Assembly: GCA_030704615.1 (NCBI GenBank)
Contig: CM060731.1
Span: 17,546,001 to 17,610,000, forward strand
Source of the DNA: Takakia lepidozioides
Taxonomy: Eukaryota > Plantae > Bryophyta
Reading direction: 5' to 3'
Length of the DNA stretch: 64,000 nucleotides
This document shows positions 22,498 through 36,586 of this stretch, one piece after another. The position numbers and the translations under genes were made by a program. How positions within the stretch are numbered: position 1 is the first letter of the stretch; every line of letters begins with the position of its first letter. The notes below the pieces were generated by a model. That model ran no database searches and had not been told where the DNA came from. It was given only the letters and a program-made list of their open reading frames with translations.

Positions 22498-25400
22498 GTG
22501 TGTCAATGAGAAATAGAGAGAAAGAGAAGAGACTTGCTGTGGCAAAAATTCAAAACTCTGCCGTTTGCTTAAGAGGATATTATGCCATCGGGGGAGTCAT
22601 GGCTTGGACCTGAACATAAAAATTGTGCATCAATTGTGAACCAATGTAAAGATCACAGTATGTGCTGTGAAGTATGAGACAAGATCAGGTTTGTGGCCCT
22701 GTACTCACATCTGACGTGATCCAATGAATCCCCCGGGCTTAGACTCAATCCAGTACGGACCGAAAACCTGCACAAGACCCCAACAAAACCGCCCTCACCA
22801 CCTCTAGGGTTCCAACTGCGTCCGCCAAGAATAATGCAAGATGGAATCTGTCATACAGACTTGGCACCTTTTCTGCCAGCGATATATTCACTCTCAACGA
22901 TGTATCCTTCCCCGACATCCTTCTTCAGCATCTACCTCCAGGAAAGGAAGTTCGTGAAGTCCCAGAGCACCAGACGAGTTATACACGTCCAAGGATCCAT
23001 AAGGAGGTCTAAGTAGTGAAAATGGAGGAGGGGGAATTGGTTCACTTTTCCCCTGTGTTAAAATCAGGGCTTCCAGACCGGAATTTCCCTGACAGGGTTA
23101 CACGTTTTTGCCCGGGCAGAGGGCTGTGTTCGTCGGGCAATTCCGGGAGGGCCCTGGGAACTGGGAATTGAACGAACCTTCCCAAACCTAAAGAGCCGCA
23201 GCTCATTTCCCTAAACGCCCGCATGTAGTTTGACTTTGCATGAAGAAACTGACCCCCTGCTGAAAAATTGCTCGTAATACCGTCCCTGCCCAACCATTTA
23301 GGCGATAATTAATTCAAAAGTGCCTAACGCATTTTGGGAAATTTTCAAATTTTGGCCTGAAAACTTTCAAGCCTCTTCTCATGTTGTTTGTTATAAACGT
23401 GCTGGAATTGGAAACTAACTCAGTCAACTTGCGCCCATCGACCTGCAGCTGCAAGCTCCATCTCCGGTGGGTCTCACTTGGAACCCTTACTCATACTTTC
23501 TTCTCAATGCTCTCTCGAGATATGCCATTGCCTGGCTAGCTCCTCTTGTGCACATTTCCTTGGGTCGCCTTCTCTATCTGCTTGCTTTCTCCTCGATGCA
23601 GATTCATCAGCTTGGTTTCTCTTACATGCGTGCATATCTTATGGTTCTCGTATACTTGGGTTTAGGACCAGGGTCGAATTGGACCCCCTGTATGAATTTC
23701 TCTCCGAATGCTTTGCTCATTTTGCAAGCTGGGGCTCCCGAGATCCCCCACTATGGTTGCCTTGGGTGCGACACCGATTCTCTACCTACTGCCACATATG
23801 CCATCAAATCATGGTTTATCCATGGGTTGTCCCTTCATCCCGCCATGAACTGCAACTTCGTTTCCTGGAACGTGAGGGGCATAGGCTCGGAGGCCTCTAT
23901 GCCTAAACGTAGACGCCTTCAGCAGTGGGCTTCATCCCTTAGTAATCAGAACTCTGTGATCTTTTTCCAAGAACACAAGCTTGATTCCAGGAAGATTAAC
24001 GCTTTAGGCAACTCCTTCTGGCCTCCTCAGGCGGCCTGGTGCAATCCAACCATCTCTGACTCCCGAGGCGGCACAGCAATTTTAGTAGCCCCCGCTCTTC
24101 TTCCTTCCTTTTCGCTGGTTGAAACCTGGATTCAAGGGCGAGTGCAATGTGCTTTCACACACTCACACTCTGCATTCCAGGGTTGTGCTTTTGTTAACAT
24201 TTATGCCCCCAATGTCTCCGATGTGAGGGTGGCTTCCTGGTCCTTTTTGAAAGACAAATTGTTGAGCTTTCCTCTTGTGAATCACTGGGTGATAGGTGGA
24301 CGAGATGCGTGGGAATCCCTTTGCTTGTCAGTAGGTCTGGTGGACTCTAGAGATGACCTCGACAGGGGCCTTCGTTTCACTTGGACCAATAATAGACAGC
24401 CTCCTGAGTTGCGAATGGCCCGTCTGGATCGTTTTTACTGCACCCCTACCCCGTCAATCTGGGCCACTCCAGGGGAGCAAGGACCGGTGCTTCCAAAACT
24501 TTGATCATGCAAGCCTTCAGCTCACAATGTCCCTTCCAGGTGCCCAAGCAAAACGCAAAGGTTTCTTCAGGCTGAACCCGACCCTCCTTAATAACCAGTT
24601 CTTCTTGGATCAGATCAAAGCAACTTGGGCTGCCTCGGGCAATCACTTCCTTTCTCCAACCCTGAGATTCATCAAGAAACTAGAGAATACAATGAAAGTT
24701 ACCCAGAGACTGGCAGCAACCCTTGCCAAATCCAGGAAATGCAGAAAAAGCCTTGGTCAAATGTGTTGCTCAGTGTCAACGGGTGATTGAATCCAATCGT
24801 CTCGGGCCTCAAACCATGTCCTCCTTCACAATGGCTAAGCGCAATCTTGCGGAGCTTCTTAAGGTCAAAGAAGACAACCTCCGCAGGAAAGCTGGGATCA
24901 ATTGGTCACTGAAAGGTGAGAAGATGTCTCGTTACTTCTTTCTTAAAGCTAAGCAAAGGAGTGCTGCGACTTCCATTTTGTCACTTACAAATCGTCAAGG
25001 CCAGAGCCTATCCGATCCCCTACAAATGTCTTCGTTCACAGCTTCTCACTTCTCCAATCTTTTCAGCAAAAGGGCTGCGGACCCCATCCATGCTGTCTGC
25101 CAGCAATCGGTCTTGAATACCATCCCCACTCTTCTTTCACCAGAGGACCTTCAGGCTCTTTCGGCCCCTTTCTCGGATATGGAGCTCGGCGAGGCTCTTG
25201 AGAATCTGAGCTCATTTAAGTCCCCTGGTCTAGATGGTCTTCTTGTTGAGCTATTCAAAGCTATCTGGCTAGGGATTAGTGGCGATTTCCTGGCAATGGC
25301 CAACGACATTCTTCTCAAGAGCATTATGCCTTCTCAGTTTTCTCAAGGTGTTATCACTCTTATCTACAAGAAAAGCAACAGAGATTCTATCTCTAATTAC

Positions 25401-26277
25401 AGGCCAATCACCCTTTTAAATTCGGTTTACAAAGTCATTGCTAAAACCCTGGCTGCCAGGCTCATCCCCATCATGCCAAAGCTTATCCGCCCTGAGCAAA
25501 CTGGTTTTTTGAAGAAAAGAATGATTCTGGACAATGTCCTCTTGGTTCATGGAGCCCTTCACTACGCTCAGGAATCCAACCAGCCGTTGGCTCTGCTGTT
25601 CCTATTTTTCGAGAAGGCCTTCGATAACGTTGATTGTTTGCTGCCCTTGAAAAGCCTTTGAAAAGTGTGGCATCTCGGGTCCCTTCCTATCCTGGATCAA
25701 GATTTTCCTCCAATCTGCTACCAGTAAAGTCATGGTCAATGGGGTCCTATCCAAACCCTTCCGCCTCTTTCGATCTGTAAGACAGGGTTGTCCCCTTTCC
25801 CCCTTCCTATTCCTGATTGCGGCAGACGGGCTTGGCCATCTGATGCACTCCCAACAGGATATTCTAGGCCTCATGGTTCCTTTTCCACCCTCCCCTAGTT
25901 ACAGCATCAAAAACTCCATGTACGCCGACGACACGGTGCTTTTGATGGACAAGAGCTCCAAGTCAAACATCACCAGATCTCTCACTGCTTTATCCACCTT
26001 TTGTCATGCATCTGGTCTAAAGGGTCAGTTGGGGCAAGTCCATCGGTTTGCTCTCAAAGCTGAACGTTAACGCTGCATCTGCGCATTGTCCAGCTTGGGG
26101 TCAAGACTTCAACCTGTCCTGGCTGCCTGAAGGCCGCTCTCATACGCTGTTGGGCCATCAAATAGATCATGACATGTCTGACACTCAAAGATCCCAATCT
26201 ATGCTAGCTAATCTCAAAAAAAGCCTGGCATACTGGAGTTCCGTGCATCTGTCCATTGCAAGGAGAGTATAACTTGT

Positions 26278-26732
26278 TCAACGACGCTACCGCGTGAGCC
26301 TCGAACGCTCACACAAACAATGGTGATGTGGCATGAGCCTACGCTGACGTGGTGCTGATGTGGCGTGAGCCTAGCCAAGGTCGTGCCACATCACCACAAA
26401 GATGGTGGGCTTATAACCGTGGAGCCTATAACTGTGGGATTTCACCATTTGAGGTGAGATCGGTTAAGGGTTTAGGGCGTCCGCAGAGATCAACCTTGTG
26501 TTAACACGAGGTTGATTTCAAGTTCTCGAAATGAACCTTGTGTTAACAAGAGGTTGATTTCAAGTTCTCGAAATCAACCTTGTGTTAGTACGAGGTTGAT
26601 TTCCGAGAATGTTCATTTGAATGTGACTTGATGTGTTCACAAATGAACAAATGAGTTTGAGGGAACGAATGCAACAAATGGTAGACGCACGCACAACACG
26701 ATTGATGACATAACATCCACCGACAGACATAC

Positions 26733-26769
<37 letters not shown>

Positions 26770-27643
26770 CCCTCCTCAGGGGTTGTGATACAAATCAACC
26801 TTGCATAGACGCAACCTTGATTTGAGAAATGAAAGCATCCTTTTTTTAAGATTTATTTTTTTGTTTTTGTTTTGGTTTTTCTCCCTAGGGATGCACATCA
26901 ACCTTGCGTTGACGCAACATTGATTCGAGAAATGAAATCATCATTTTTTGAAGATTCTTTTTTTTCTTTTTTTCCCCTGGGGGTGATGCAAATCAACCTT
27001 GCGTTGACACAACCTTGATTTGAGAAATGAAGGCATCCATTTTTTAAGGTTTTTTTTTTTTTTTTTTTTTTAATATAAAATCTGGGAGGGTGATGCAAAT
27101 CAACCTTGCATTGATGCAACCTTGATTTGAGAAAAGAAATGAAAGCATCCTTTTTTTTTTTTTTAGGACTGTTTTTTGCATTTTGTATGGTTGCTGGCCT
27201 TGTTGTTCTTCGTTTCGTGTCTTGCTTACCTGTTCTGCACCATGTTTTTTCATAAACCGCAAAGACGCTTTAGGGATTTCCTGGTGTTTGTCTGGAGAAC
27301 GTCTATCAATGAAAAATGGATGTGAATTAGGGGAAAAGAACTTCGTTAGAATAAACTCATTCTCCTTCGTGTTCATTAAGCAACAGGACATTGTACTATC
27401 TGAAATATCATGTGCCCGTGGACAAAAACCATCCACAAACCACCCGTGTTTTCTCATCCGACCAAGATTTGGATGAGGGAGGAGACTTCTCGGAAAATAA
27501 AGTTGGCAAATCTGAGGCGTGGTAGTCGCCTACAGTTCCGCGGAAATAGGTGGCATCCGCGGAATTAGGTCATGCACGTAGGAAACCTTGCTAATGTGGC
27601 GTGAGCCTGGCTGGGCTCACAAGCTCACACGCAAGCATTCTCC
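26278..27643. mobile_element. Non-autonomous DNA element (Mutator/hAT-like) with palindromic internal repeats
   Basis: Flanked by 8-bp direct repeat TAACTTGT (26270-26277, 27644-27651) and interrupts the L1 frame. CGTGAGCC motifs at both ends; internal ATCAACCT..AGGTTGAT repeats. Confidence 0.7.
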
Positions 27644-28670
27644 TAACTTGTGGCCAACCAAGTCCTACTCGCCTCCTCCTGGTTCAACTCCTCTATCTGG
27701 TCTCCTGGCACAGAGGTCATTAAGAAGATTAAAAGACTTATCCGTAATTTCATATGGGGAGCCACCCCATCCAGACCCAATCGCCGTGCTCTTGTCAGCT
27801 GGGATCAGCTCACTCAAAACAAGAAAAATGGAGGCCTTGGGCTGCTTGACCCAGATACTCAAATCTGCTCATTTTTAGCCAAATGAATACCTCGATTTTT
27901 TAGCAACCTCTCTAGTCCCTAGAGTATTCTTATCAGCCGACACTTGTTGCAAGTTACTCCTAACTCATCATCGATCTGGTCTGATTCTCTTCGCTGGATT
28001 GTTCAAAGGGGGGCTTCGAATAAATTGCTACAAGTTGGCTCTAAGGCTTGGAGATCAATTTGGGTTGCTTGGATCAGAATGCGCTCCTCTCTTAATCAAG
28101 CTATCCCTTCCATTCGGGAAGAAGCTTTACGCCAACCGCTCTTTGGAAACTCCACCAGGACCTCCCCGAGCCTCACAATCTGCTCAGCCCGCTAGGCTCA
28201 CCAGGAAGCAGCCAATATTATCCATTTCTCTCACATATGGGAATCATGAGCCATTCTAAGCCAGCAAGAGGCCACGATAAATCTATTAGCTAGAAGGACT
28301 GTAGCATGGTGGGAAATCTTGTCTCCAGATATACCCTCCTCTTGGATCTCCCTCTGTTCATTTCCGGTTAATCAGAGAGCTCTGCCAGCCTGGTTGCGAT
28401 TGACCTTGCCAACGGGGAATTTTTTGCGACTTACAGATCTGGTGACGAACTTTGGGGTTGGAAAAATCTGGTTACAGAGTCGGGCTTCTTGTTCTCTGTT
28501 GTGTTTGCTGTTATGTCAAAGAAACAGCTCTTTGCTATCAGGGTTATCTGCTGGATGACTGACAGGTTAACCCCGATGTGTAGAATGGCCGCCATCAGAA
28601 CCCACACCTTCGCTGGTTCTTAGTGGCTCCTATCTCTCTCATCCAATTTGACCCGGGGGAATGGAATTGA

Positions 28671-28679
28671 CACTACAGG

Positions 28680-28710
<31 letters not shown>

Positions 28711-29798
28711 CAACGTCGCGGCAACGTAAAACAGCCCTTTTCGGGCAGGGGGGAAGAACCAAATTTGCGACGCCCGAGCGTCGCAAGCCCGTCACAAGGG
28801 CGTCGCCAAAAAAACGTCGCAAATTTGAGACCACTGGGGGTCGCAAAAAAAGGTTATTATTTAAATTATTATAAATAAATAAATAAAAACCAATCTGCAT
28901 TGCAGAATTAGCACTGTCCGAGGGTCGCAAAGTGTGACGCCCGGACGTCACAATTTTAAGAGGATATATTTGAATTTAGGCGGGAAAATTTGAATTTCAA
29001 AAACTTGGTGACCATTGACTTCGATTCTGTCTATTGGTGATATGTTCATTGTTCTACATATATCATGCAATGCATACTTGAACCTAAGACCTCCACGTTA
29101 TAACATTTCTAAGACACTACAGACTAACCAACACACCTACGCTACATCTATGTATCACAAAAGCAATATATATATCTATAAAGATTTCCTCAAGTTCCTT
29201 CTAAGGGGGTGCATCTAGTGACGTCTGGGAGTTGTAGCCTTCACAGCCTTAATGCCTAGCCCAAGCCCCAGCGTCGTTGCCGTTGTTGCACCCTCCCCCA
29301 CCGCCAGGCGCCCCAATCGACGTCCTTGTGATGACCTAAGCTGACTACAACACCATTGAGACCCCCTGGCGTCGCACGCGTTGGTCGTCTCAGTGTGGGG
29401 CATCATCTGCGACGCTTTTATGAAGTTGAGGGCCGCAAAACCAAAAAACAAAAAAAAACAAAAAAAAAAACAAAACAAACTCTCATTGTGGTGATGTTGT
29501 TGCGACGCCGCTCGGCGTCGCCACGTCCAAATATATTTTTATTTTTATTTTTATTCTTTTTATTCATTTGGATGCGTCGCAAGAAAAAAAATCCGTCGCA
29601 GCAAGGGCCTTCTTTCTCTCTTTCCCCTTTATTATTGCCATCTTGCGACGGTTGGACGTCGCATTTGATGTCGCAGTGGGAAGATTGCGACGCCGGGGCG
29701 TCGTAAAAAAAGTTGACGCGGGCTCAAACGCTGCGCGGCGCGCGCGTGGTGGGGGGCGAGGGCTGGCTTTGCAACCCCCCCCCCCATTTGTTGTAGTG
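28671..29798. mobile_element. Non-autonomous CACTA element
   Basis: CACTACA...TGTAGTG termini, imperfect 3-bp TSD (TGA/TGG), many GCGACG/CGTCGC subterminal motifs, no transposase. Confidence 0.85.
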
Positions 29799-30131
29799 TG
29801 GAATGATAAAAAACACTCTCCCTTCATTTATTATTCCGTAAAGATCATTGATTAATCATATCATCAACGTTAATGACAAATGGTCTGATAGGAGAACTTA
29901 TCTTTATGTTGCCCCTTCTTCGTGGAAAAAGATCTGGAAATATGTTTTGAGAAAAAACCGTGCAGCAAAGATCTGTGGGTTTTTTTTTAAATTGGTAAAC
30001 AGAATTAAGTCGGTGGCAAGCCACTTTCCAGATATCAACTCAAACTGCTCAAACTGCTCAACCTGCCATCTACAAATCCTTAAGACGATTGAACATTGTC
30101 TTTGTAACTGTCCATTGGCCACTAGGGTTTG

Positions 30132-30475
30132 TGTCAAAGACGAGAACATGACTGACCACAAACAACAGATCAGACTGAAGGTACAGGACTAGACAAGAAG
30201 TCAAGATCGGCGTGGCCGAATGCATGGTGGGTAAACATGAATCAAGATGATCTTTATAACAATGGACAAGAGTACAACGTACTGGAACTCGACTCGAATA
30301 CAGGAATGCTGGAAACTGGACTGGGGTTCCAGACACTGGAAACTGGACTAGAGTACTGTAAGCTGGACTGAAGTACTATGACTGGGAACAAAAATAGCTT
30401 GAACTTGTGTTTGAGGAACTGAAGAGTGTCCAGTCTTGCCTCCTATATACATTGGCTACTAAGAAGTTCCCTAAG
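30132..30475 (-). repeat. Partial 3' LTR of the Tcn1-like Gypsy element
   Basis: Matches 53003-~53345 (TGTCAA.GACGAGAACATGACTGA...AAGAAGTTCCCTAAG); cut off by the second LINE. Confidence 0.85.
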
Positions 30476-31501
30476 TTCCCTTAGGGACAACCCGTAGCCA
30501 TGGCTAATTTTTAGGGTCATGTCAACTTTATAGTACTCTCCTCTTAGTTTCCTCATTCTTTAGTGAAGCCACTACTTTAGCCCCCTCTGCAATTCTAGCT
30601 TATGGACTGCCGCCATGGCACGAGCTCGTGCTCGCAGCACTACCACACAACTGCTTCAACAGCTACTCATAACAGGGAGTTCAACGGCCCGCCAGCTCAA
30701 GTTGCGTCCCTGGATACCTCACGGAGTATCGGGCGCAAGCGGCTATGCTTGGCTGAATCCCATGGCTTCAGCTCCTATAGGATGGTCACTCGTTCGCAAG
30801 CCTCTGATTTTCCCACAGAGAGTAACCTTCTCCCGCTCATGAGCACTCCAAGATTCCCTGCGCAAAGATATCACCAGCTCGGGCCTCAAGTTTCTATTCC
30901 AAAGAAGCGACGCTTCATCGGCACAGGCACCAAACAGCTAAGCCATTGCGTTTATGAAGCCCCTGGTCCTAAGCACCAACGTCGGGTTCTACAACAATTC
31001 ACGTAACACCATCGCCTCATGTGATTATGTGGACCAAGACACACCCAGTTCTCGTACAAGGGGAGAGCCGACACTGGCCCACACTTTGTTTGCCCCATGA
31101 TTCACACGCAAGGTCTTCACCAAAGGATTGGGGAGCGCTTCTGCCCATACCCGAATCTGTGCTCGGTGGGGGTACGAGCAGCGGGCGGAATGGCTGGCTG
31201 CGGCTGCTGGCGTAGTGCAGCCTCAGCTACCCCTGTACTGAACCGACCTTCACAGGCTCAATCTACAGATGAGAGCACAAGCGTGCAACCGGACTATATC
31301 AAAGCGGATGTTTAACCTGAAACGACAAGCGGCTCGAACATCCTAAAGACAGATCGAGTTGCCTTGGTGAGCGGTGGTGCGCTAGCACTCAGGAATCGTC
31401 CACATGTCAAACCTCTGCTCCGGCTGTTCAGTTTCATTTTCCAACCCGTATTACCTCCAGCCTCCTTACAAGCATTCATGATCAGCTGCATCAATTTAGC
31501 C

Positions 31502-31581
31502 ACGGGCCCAAACAAATGTGCCTCCGCTTTTAGGGCCACTTACGGGCCCAAACAAATGTGCCTCCGCTTTTAGGGCCACTT
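31502..31581. repeat. Tandem duplication, 40-bp unit
   Basis: ACGGGCCCAAACAAATGTGCCTCCGCTTTTAGGGCCACTT occurs twice. Confidence 0.85.
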
Positions 31582-33658
31582 GTGCCTATCCTCTCCAGGG
31601 TTTGGCTCAGAATCCAGTTCCAGCTGCTACCATTAAAAGCAAATCCTTTCTCAAACAAGTGCAGCCCAAGCAAGAGCCCGGAGTGTCTCACAAAGAAAGT
31701 TCACCAGCAGATCACACCAGTTGGGTTGCTTGCCCACACCCGCACGGATGGTCGCTGTACTTCCCATGCTGTACCGGATGGGGTGTGCCCACACCCTACA
31801 TTCCGTAAGTCTGGCCTTAATAGACACATGTTCTCAGCGGAAGGGCCCAGGCGAACTCTGGGCTGATCTGCCGGAGGTCCTGCCAGGCTGGTGCTATGGC
31901 CACCAACATTAACGTTCCCCAACTGCTGCTGCTTCAGCTTATAGACAGCCCCGACACGACATCACGGCCTGTATCTACTATGAGGCCATCCCAGGCTGGT
32001 ACCCCTTACCCTTTTCTTTTCAAGCTGAATCCACGACAGGCTGATACTTATGTGCTGTTGTCGAACATCTATGCTGCAGCAGGCATGTGGAACAATACAA
32101 TAAAGATGAGAAAAATGAAACTCATTGCTGGACAGTGGCTGGAAGTTGAGCCTTTTTGGCAAGGCACCCAGTCAGACAAACTTTGTTTCAAGCTGGCCCC
32201 CTTTGGCATCGGGGCTTCCCTTGGGGCAAATCTCTCCCGCGGTCGCCCTCCCACTCAGTACCGTAATTGTGTTGCCCTAGAAGCTACAGCACTAGCTGAA
32301 GTCCAAGACAAGCAGCCCTGTGAGGCAGGCCCGGTGGTTGCAGAATCTAGGGTGCAGCTAAAGGAGGCGAAGGTTACATCATTGTTGGGCCTTTCCAGAA
32401 GCAGGGCAGTCCTTCAACTGGATTGGAGCCAGCCAGCCACTCCTCTCATGTGGTACACTGTAAAGCTCTTTGCTTTTGAGTTCAACTCGCTCATGCATAT
32501 GTTCAGCTCTGCCCCCCTCAGCATGCCAGGTGCGCAACGGCATGGACAGGTCTTTCCCCAGCCCCCAGATGCTGCCCTATATACCGATGACGACCTTCTG
32601 GTTCCCCCCTCTGCGACACCCTCTCCAAGCGAAAAATGTGCAACACCAACGCAATCTGCAGATTTGGGGTTGAACATCCTTGGGCATGTAGGTGGGGCAC
32701 TGCCTCCTTTTCTGATGCCACGAAGCTACAAAGGCTGCTCCCCGCACCAAGATCACGAGAACCCCACATTGATCCCCCGCTCTCTTGGTCAAATAGGCAA
32801 GCCAGTGCCTATGCCGCAGCCTGCCCTGCGATTACAAGTGTGGAATCTGCATACAAGCTTTCCCACACAGCGGATCCCGCTGATCTCCCCTCATCGGCCT
32901 TGGGGGCCCCCTTCCTGGAGCCAGATCAATCAAAGTGATCATGTGGACCCTCAAGCTGTCCAATGGTTTTATCGAGTGTACCTTCGTCCCCAATCATCTC
33001 AATGTCCCTTTACACATCTCAGGGAGCACACTCACTCCTCCCCCCAATCTTGGCTACTCCCCTCCTCCTCCTTGATAAAAATACTTCGCTTTGCATACAA
33101 TGTATTGTCATCACTCTCTGATGTACAGTTGTTATGTCCCAGATGGCTTCCCTACTTCAAGTGGCAACCCACTATCCAACAGGATCAGCCACACAAACCC
33201 CAAAGGCACTCTGTTGCTCAAGACCAACAATCTCAACAGACTTCCCCATGTCAATCGCCACCCATGGTAACACCATTTACTTCTCCATGTAAACCTCTTC
33301 CATTTATAAAATATATCCGCTTGAGCTTAGTCTCGCACAGGCCCAACTCGACTTATCTATTTCTCCCTTACTGGTGTTGCCTTACTCTCTGCTGGCATGT
33401 ACCTACTCATGTGGAACCCCTAAACTCTTTTTTGGTGAGCAATCTAGAGTTTGACTGGCTTCTCATGGGATCCTCGATCTCTTCAACCTCCTTCACTTCA
33501 CCGCCCCCTGCCAAGCGTTCAGGTATCCACCCTGCCACCAATATCCCACCATCGCACACCCCACACCTCTTTTTTCTGGTCATATACAGCTGCCCCAAGT
33601 AGAGTAAACCATGACAATGCCATACGTTTGCTTGATATTTCGCCTGGCTATCCTACCT

Positions 33659-33801
33659 CTCATGATTGTTTCTTTCTTCTGCTTCTTCTCTCTTGTTTTC
33701 TTTCTTGTTTTCTCCGTTTCAGCACACACCCTCATGATTGTTTCTTTCTTCTGCTTCTTCTCTCTTGTTTTCTTTCTTGTTTTCTCCGTTTCAGCACACA
33801 C
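33659..33801. repeat. Tandem duplication, 72-bp CT-rich unit
   Basis: CTCATGATTGTTTCTTTCTTCTGC...TTCAGCACACAC occurs twice. Confidence 0.85.
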
Positions 33802-36586
33802 TAGCTCACTGCGTTCAATTCCTGTATTCACAATAGCTGACTCAATTTTCCCGTACTATCTATCCTCTGCAGTGCTGCTCTCTAACACTACCCACCCTGC
33901 CTGGGCGATTGCTTTTGGTGGGTGCTACAACAGGGCTGCCACAGTGAAGGTTACTGGTTTGAGCTGTTGCAGGGCATCCCAGATTTTGCAAGTGGAGTCT
34001 AGCACAACTCAGGCACACCAGTGGCCGCAGCTCATCCCCTGCAGCTCCAGAGACCTCACTCTACCCCAGCTCATCCCCACCCCGGCGCCCAAAGCAAGCT
34101 CTGCACACACCATACAAGTCGCTTAGGGAACGCCACGGCACAACTAGTTTGCTTATCTCATGTGCCCTTGCTAGAATGTGGTCTTCAATCCTTATTATTT
34201 GACTATTACAATTTTAACTACCCACCTGGGGTACACTCAATTCTGGCTCAGTCCGACTACACTACTCTAACGCTTATGCCTCACACTACTTCTTCACACC
34301 ATTTACTCACACTAATTCATACTATTTCCCCACACCACTGCCTTGCGCTGTCTTTCCACACCTGTGATACACAAACACACTATCCCCACATGATTGCACA
34401 CCCTCTTCAGCTATGTACTATACTGCTACATCACCTTAATCAAGACACAGCCAATGCCCATCACAACCATACCTGTCCACCAATCCCATTGCCCACAAAT
34501 ACTCATCCATCGCACCCCTCTACCCGATACCCAATACATTCACTTAAAACTCCACCAAATACAAATACCCTCACACTATCTACAAACAATACACTTTCAC
34601 TAGCACAACGTATCTATCCAATATCCTCACCACTATATTCCCACTACAGCCCACCTACTCGCCTTGTCCCCACACGCGGCACCCGGCCTCACCCCTTCCC
34701 GCATTCCGCGTCCCATACACTCCCCCCACCCCTGGGTGCCGCACTACATGGACTGACCGCCTCTCCACACACATAGCCCGCATGGCCGATACCATATTTA
34801 TCTTGACAAATCTAAACACTCCTACCATCACCCTCCCACATCACTTCAGTCATATATGAATGCATGCCTATACCTAACATTACTCCATTGCGGTGATATA
34901 CACCCTAACCCTGGGCCTACACCCATTAACGACATTATTCAAAATCTTCCCGCCGACGCGCAAGACAGATACTCATTATACTTCCAACCGGACACCTTGT
35001 CGCTCATGCATACCTATAGACACATTGGTGACCACTTCACGCCCTTCTTCCCACCACACCCTCCCGCCGCCCGCACACCCACACAAATCATCACCACCTT
35101 CGAGCTCCCCCCTAGCCATTACCCGACACTTTCTAAAGCACTACAAAAACTCAAATCCTTCCCACAGCCCCATCTTCTCTTCTCCCTTATAATCATCATC
35201 TCACCCCTACCAGAAGCCTGTAATGGATTCCTCTACTCCCACTCCACCTCCCAACTACGCCCCCTCCTCCTACAACTAAAAAGGCTGCCACCACACCCAC
35301 ACAACTACTTAGCCCAACCTCACATTCTATCCTCACTCCATGAATCCCTCAATCTGCTGCAATCCCAACCAGGTGCTATACATAAAATCCTAGGCGACCA
35401 TCTCGCTACCATAACCGCTCGTGATACCGACCTTACCGAGGCCACCCACAAATTCCCCACTCGCCGCAGTTAGTCCGATACCTGGATACAATCCCCCGAC
35501 CTCAGCCACCCCAACCAAGGAAGCGTCATTGGTCAAACCCTCTCCCAACCCTACCCCCCTGCACCCCCGGACATCCACACCTGTGCACTAATTATTACTT
35601 CTTGGAATGTAGGATCCCTTGCTACAAAGGCTTCTCACTCTCCTCACCAACTCCTCTAAACCACATATTTTTCTCCTCCAAGAAACCAAGTTACATACAA
35701 ATAATACTAGCGGTTCCTACATCAACAAGCTCCTACCAGACTATTACCTACTGTACGGTACTCCTCTAACTGCCCAACAATGTCTATCTCGTCGCTCTGC
35801 CCCATACCAACCCACCAAGGGAGGCGTTGCACTAGGTATTCTACGCACACACCACTCTCCCAGCACCACCACAAAACTCACGGTACCCATCTCCCTTCGG
35901 TCACACCTCCAAATTATCCAGCTACACCCCCCAGCACTCTGCCCTATCACTTTGATACATCTATACATGCCCACACACCCCGAGGACCTCCCCCTCATTA
36001 CAGACATACTACATAATATCTCCCAAACAATTACTCATCCAGATAACCAACACCACCACGTCATCCTCGCAGGTGACTTTAACAGAGACATTGCCCTGCT
36101 GGGGCACTCACACAATGGTGCCCACAAACCACCATCCTCTGAGGACCACAAATGGGCTCGATACACCCAGCAACTAGACCTAAGATACATCCCGGCAGAC
36201 CATCACTACTCCCAGCAAGGAGGCCTTAACTACTCTTCCTTAAGCCTTTTGGACGGGTTCTACCTCAAAACCAGCAATACTATCCCACCTTACCTCTTGA
36301 GTCACATTCACCTTAATAGCTTATGCAACTCTGATCACTACCCGATCTCTATCTCCCTCCCCCCCTCCCTCATCCCCTTCCGGCCCATTCCGGATGTGCA
36401 CACCCCACCGCCCCAGCCCCGTATACTTTCACCCATACCGCAAACTAACATCAAGGCCTTCCAACAACACTTCCACTCAGCCTCCTCTTCTTTCATCCAC
36501 AAAATATCCACCATACTCTCTGATTCCAATTTACTACTGTCCCCAGAGGCTGCCTGGAATGAAGCTGTCAAGTTATTTTAATGATT

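Noticed and set aside
31896-33602. 568-aa ORF as a real gene
   Set aside because: No recognisable domain apart from a 33-aa PPR fragment; composition looks like non-coding TE sequence, though a divergent LINE ORF cannot be fully excluded.
36566-36586. 21-bp extension duplicating the start of repeat A
   Set aside because: Absent from A2; most simply a repair or assembly artefact, so not treated as part of the mechanism.
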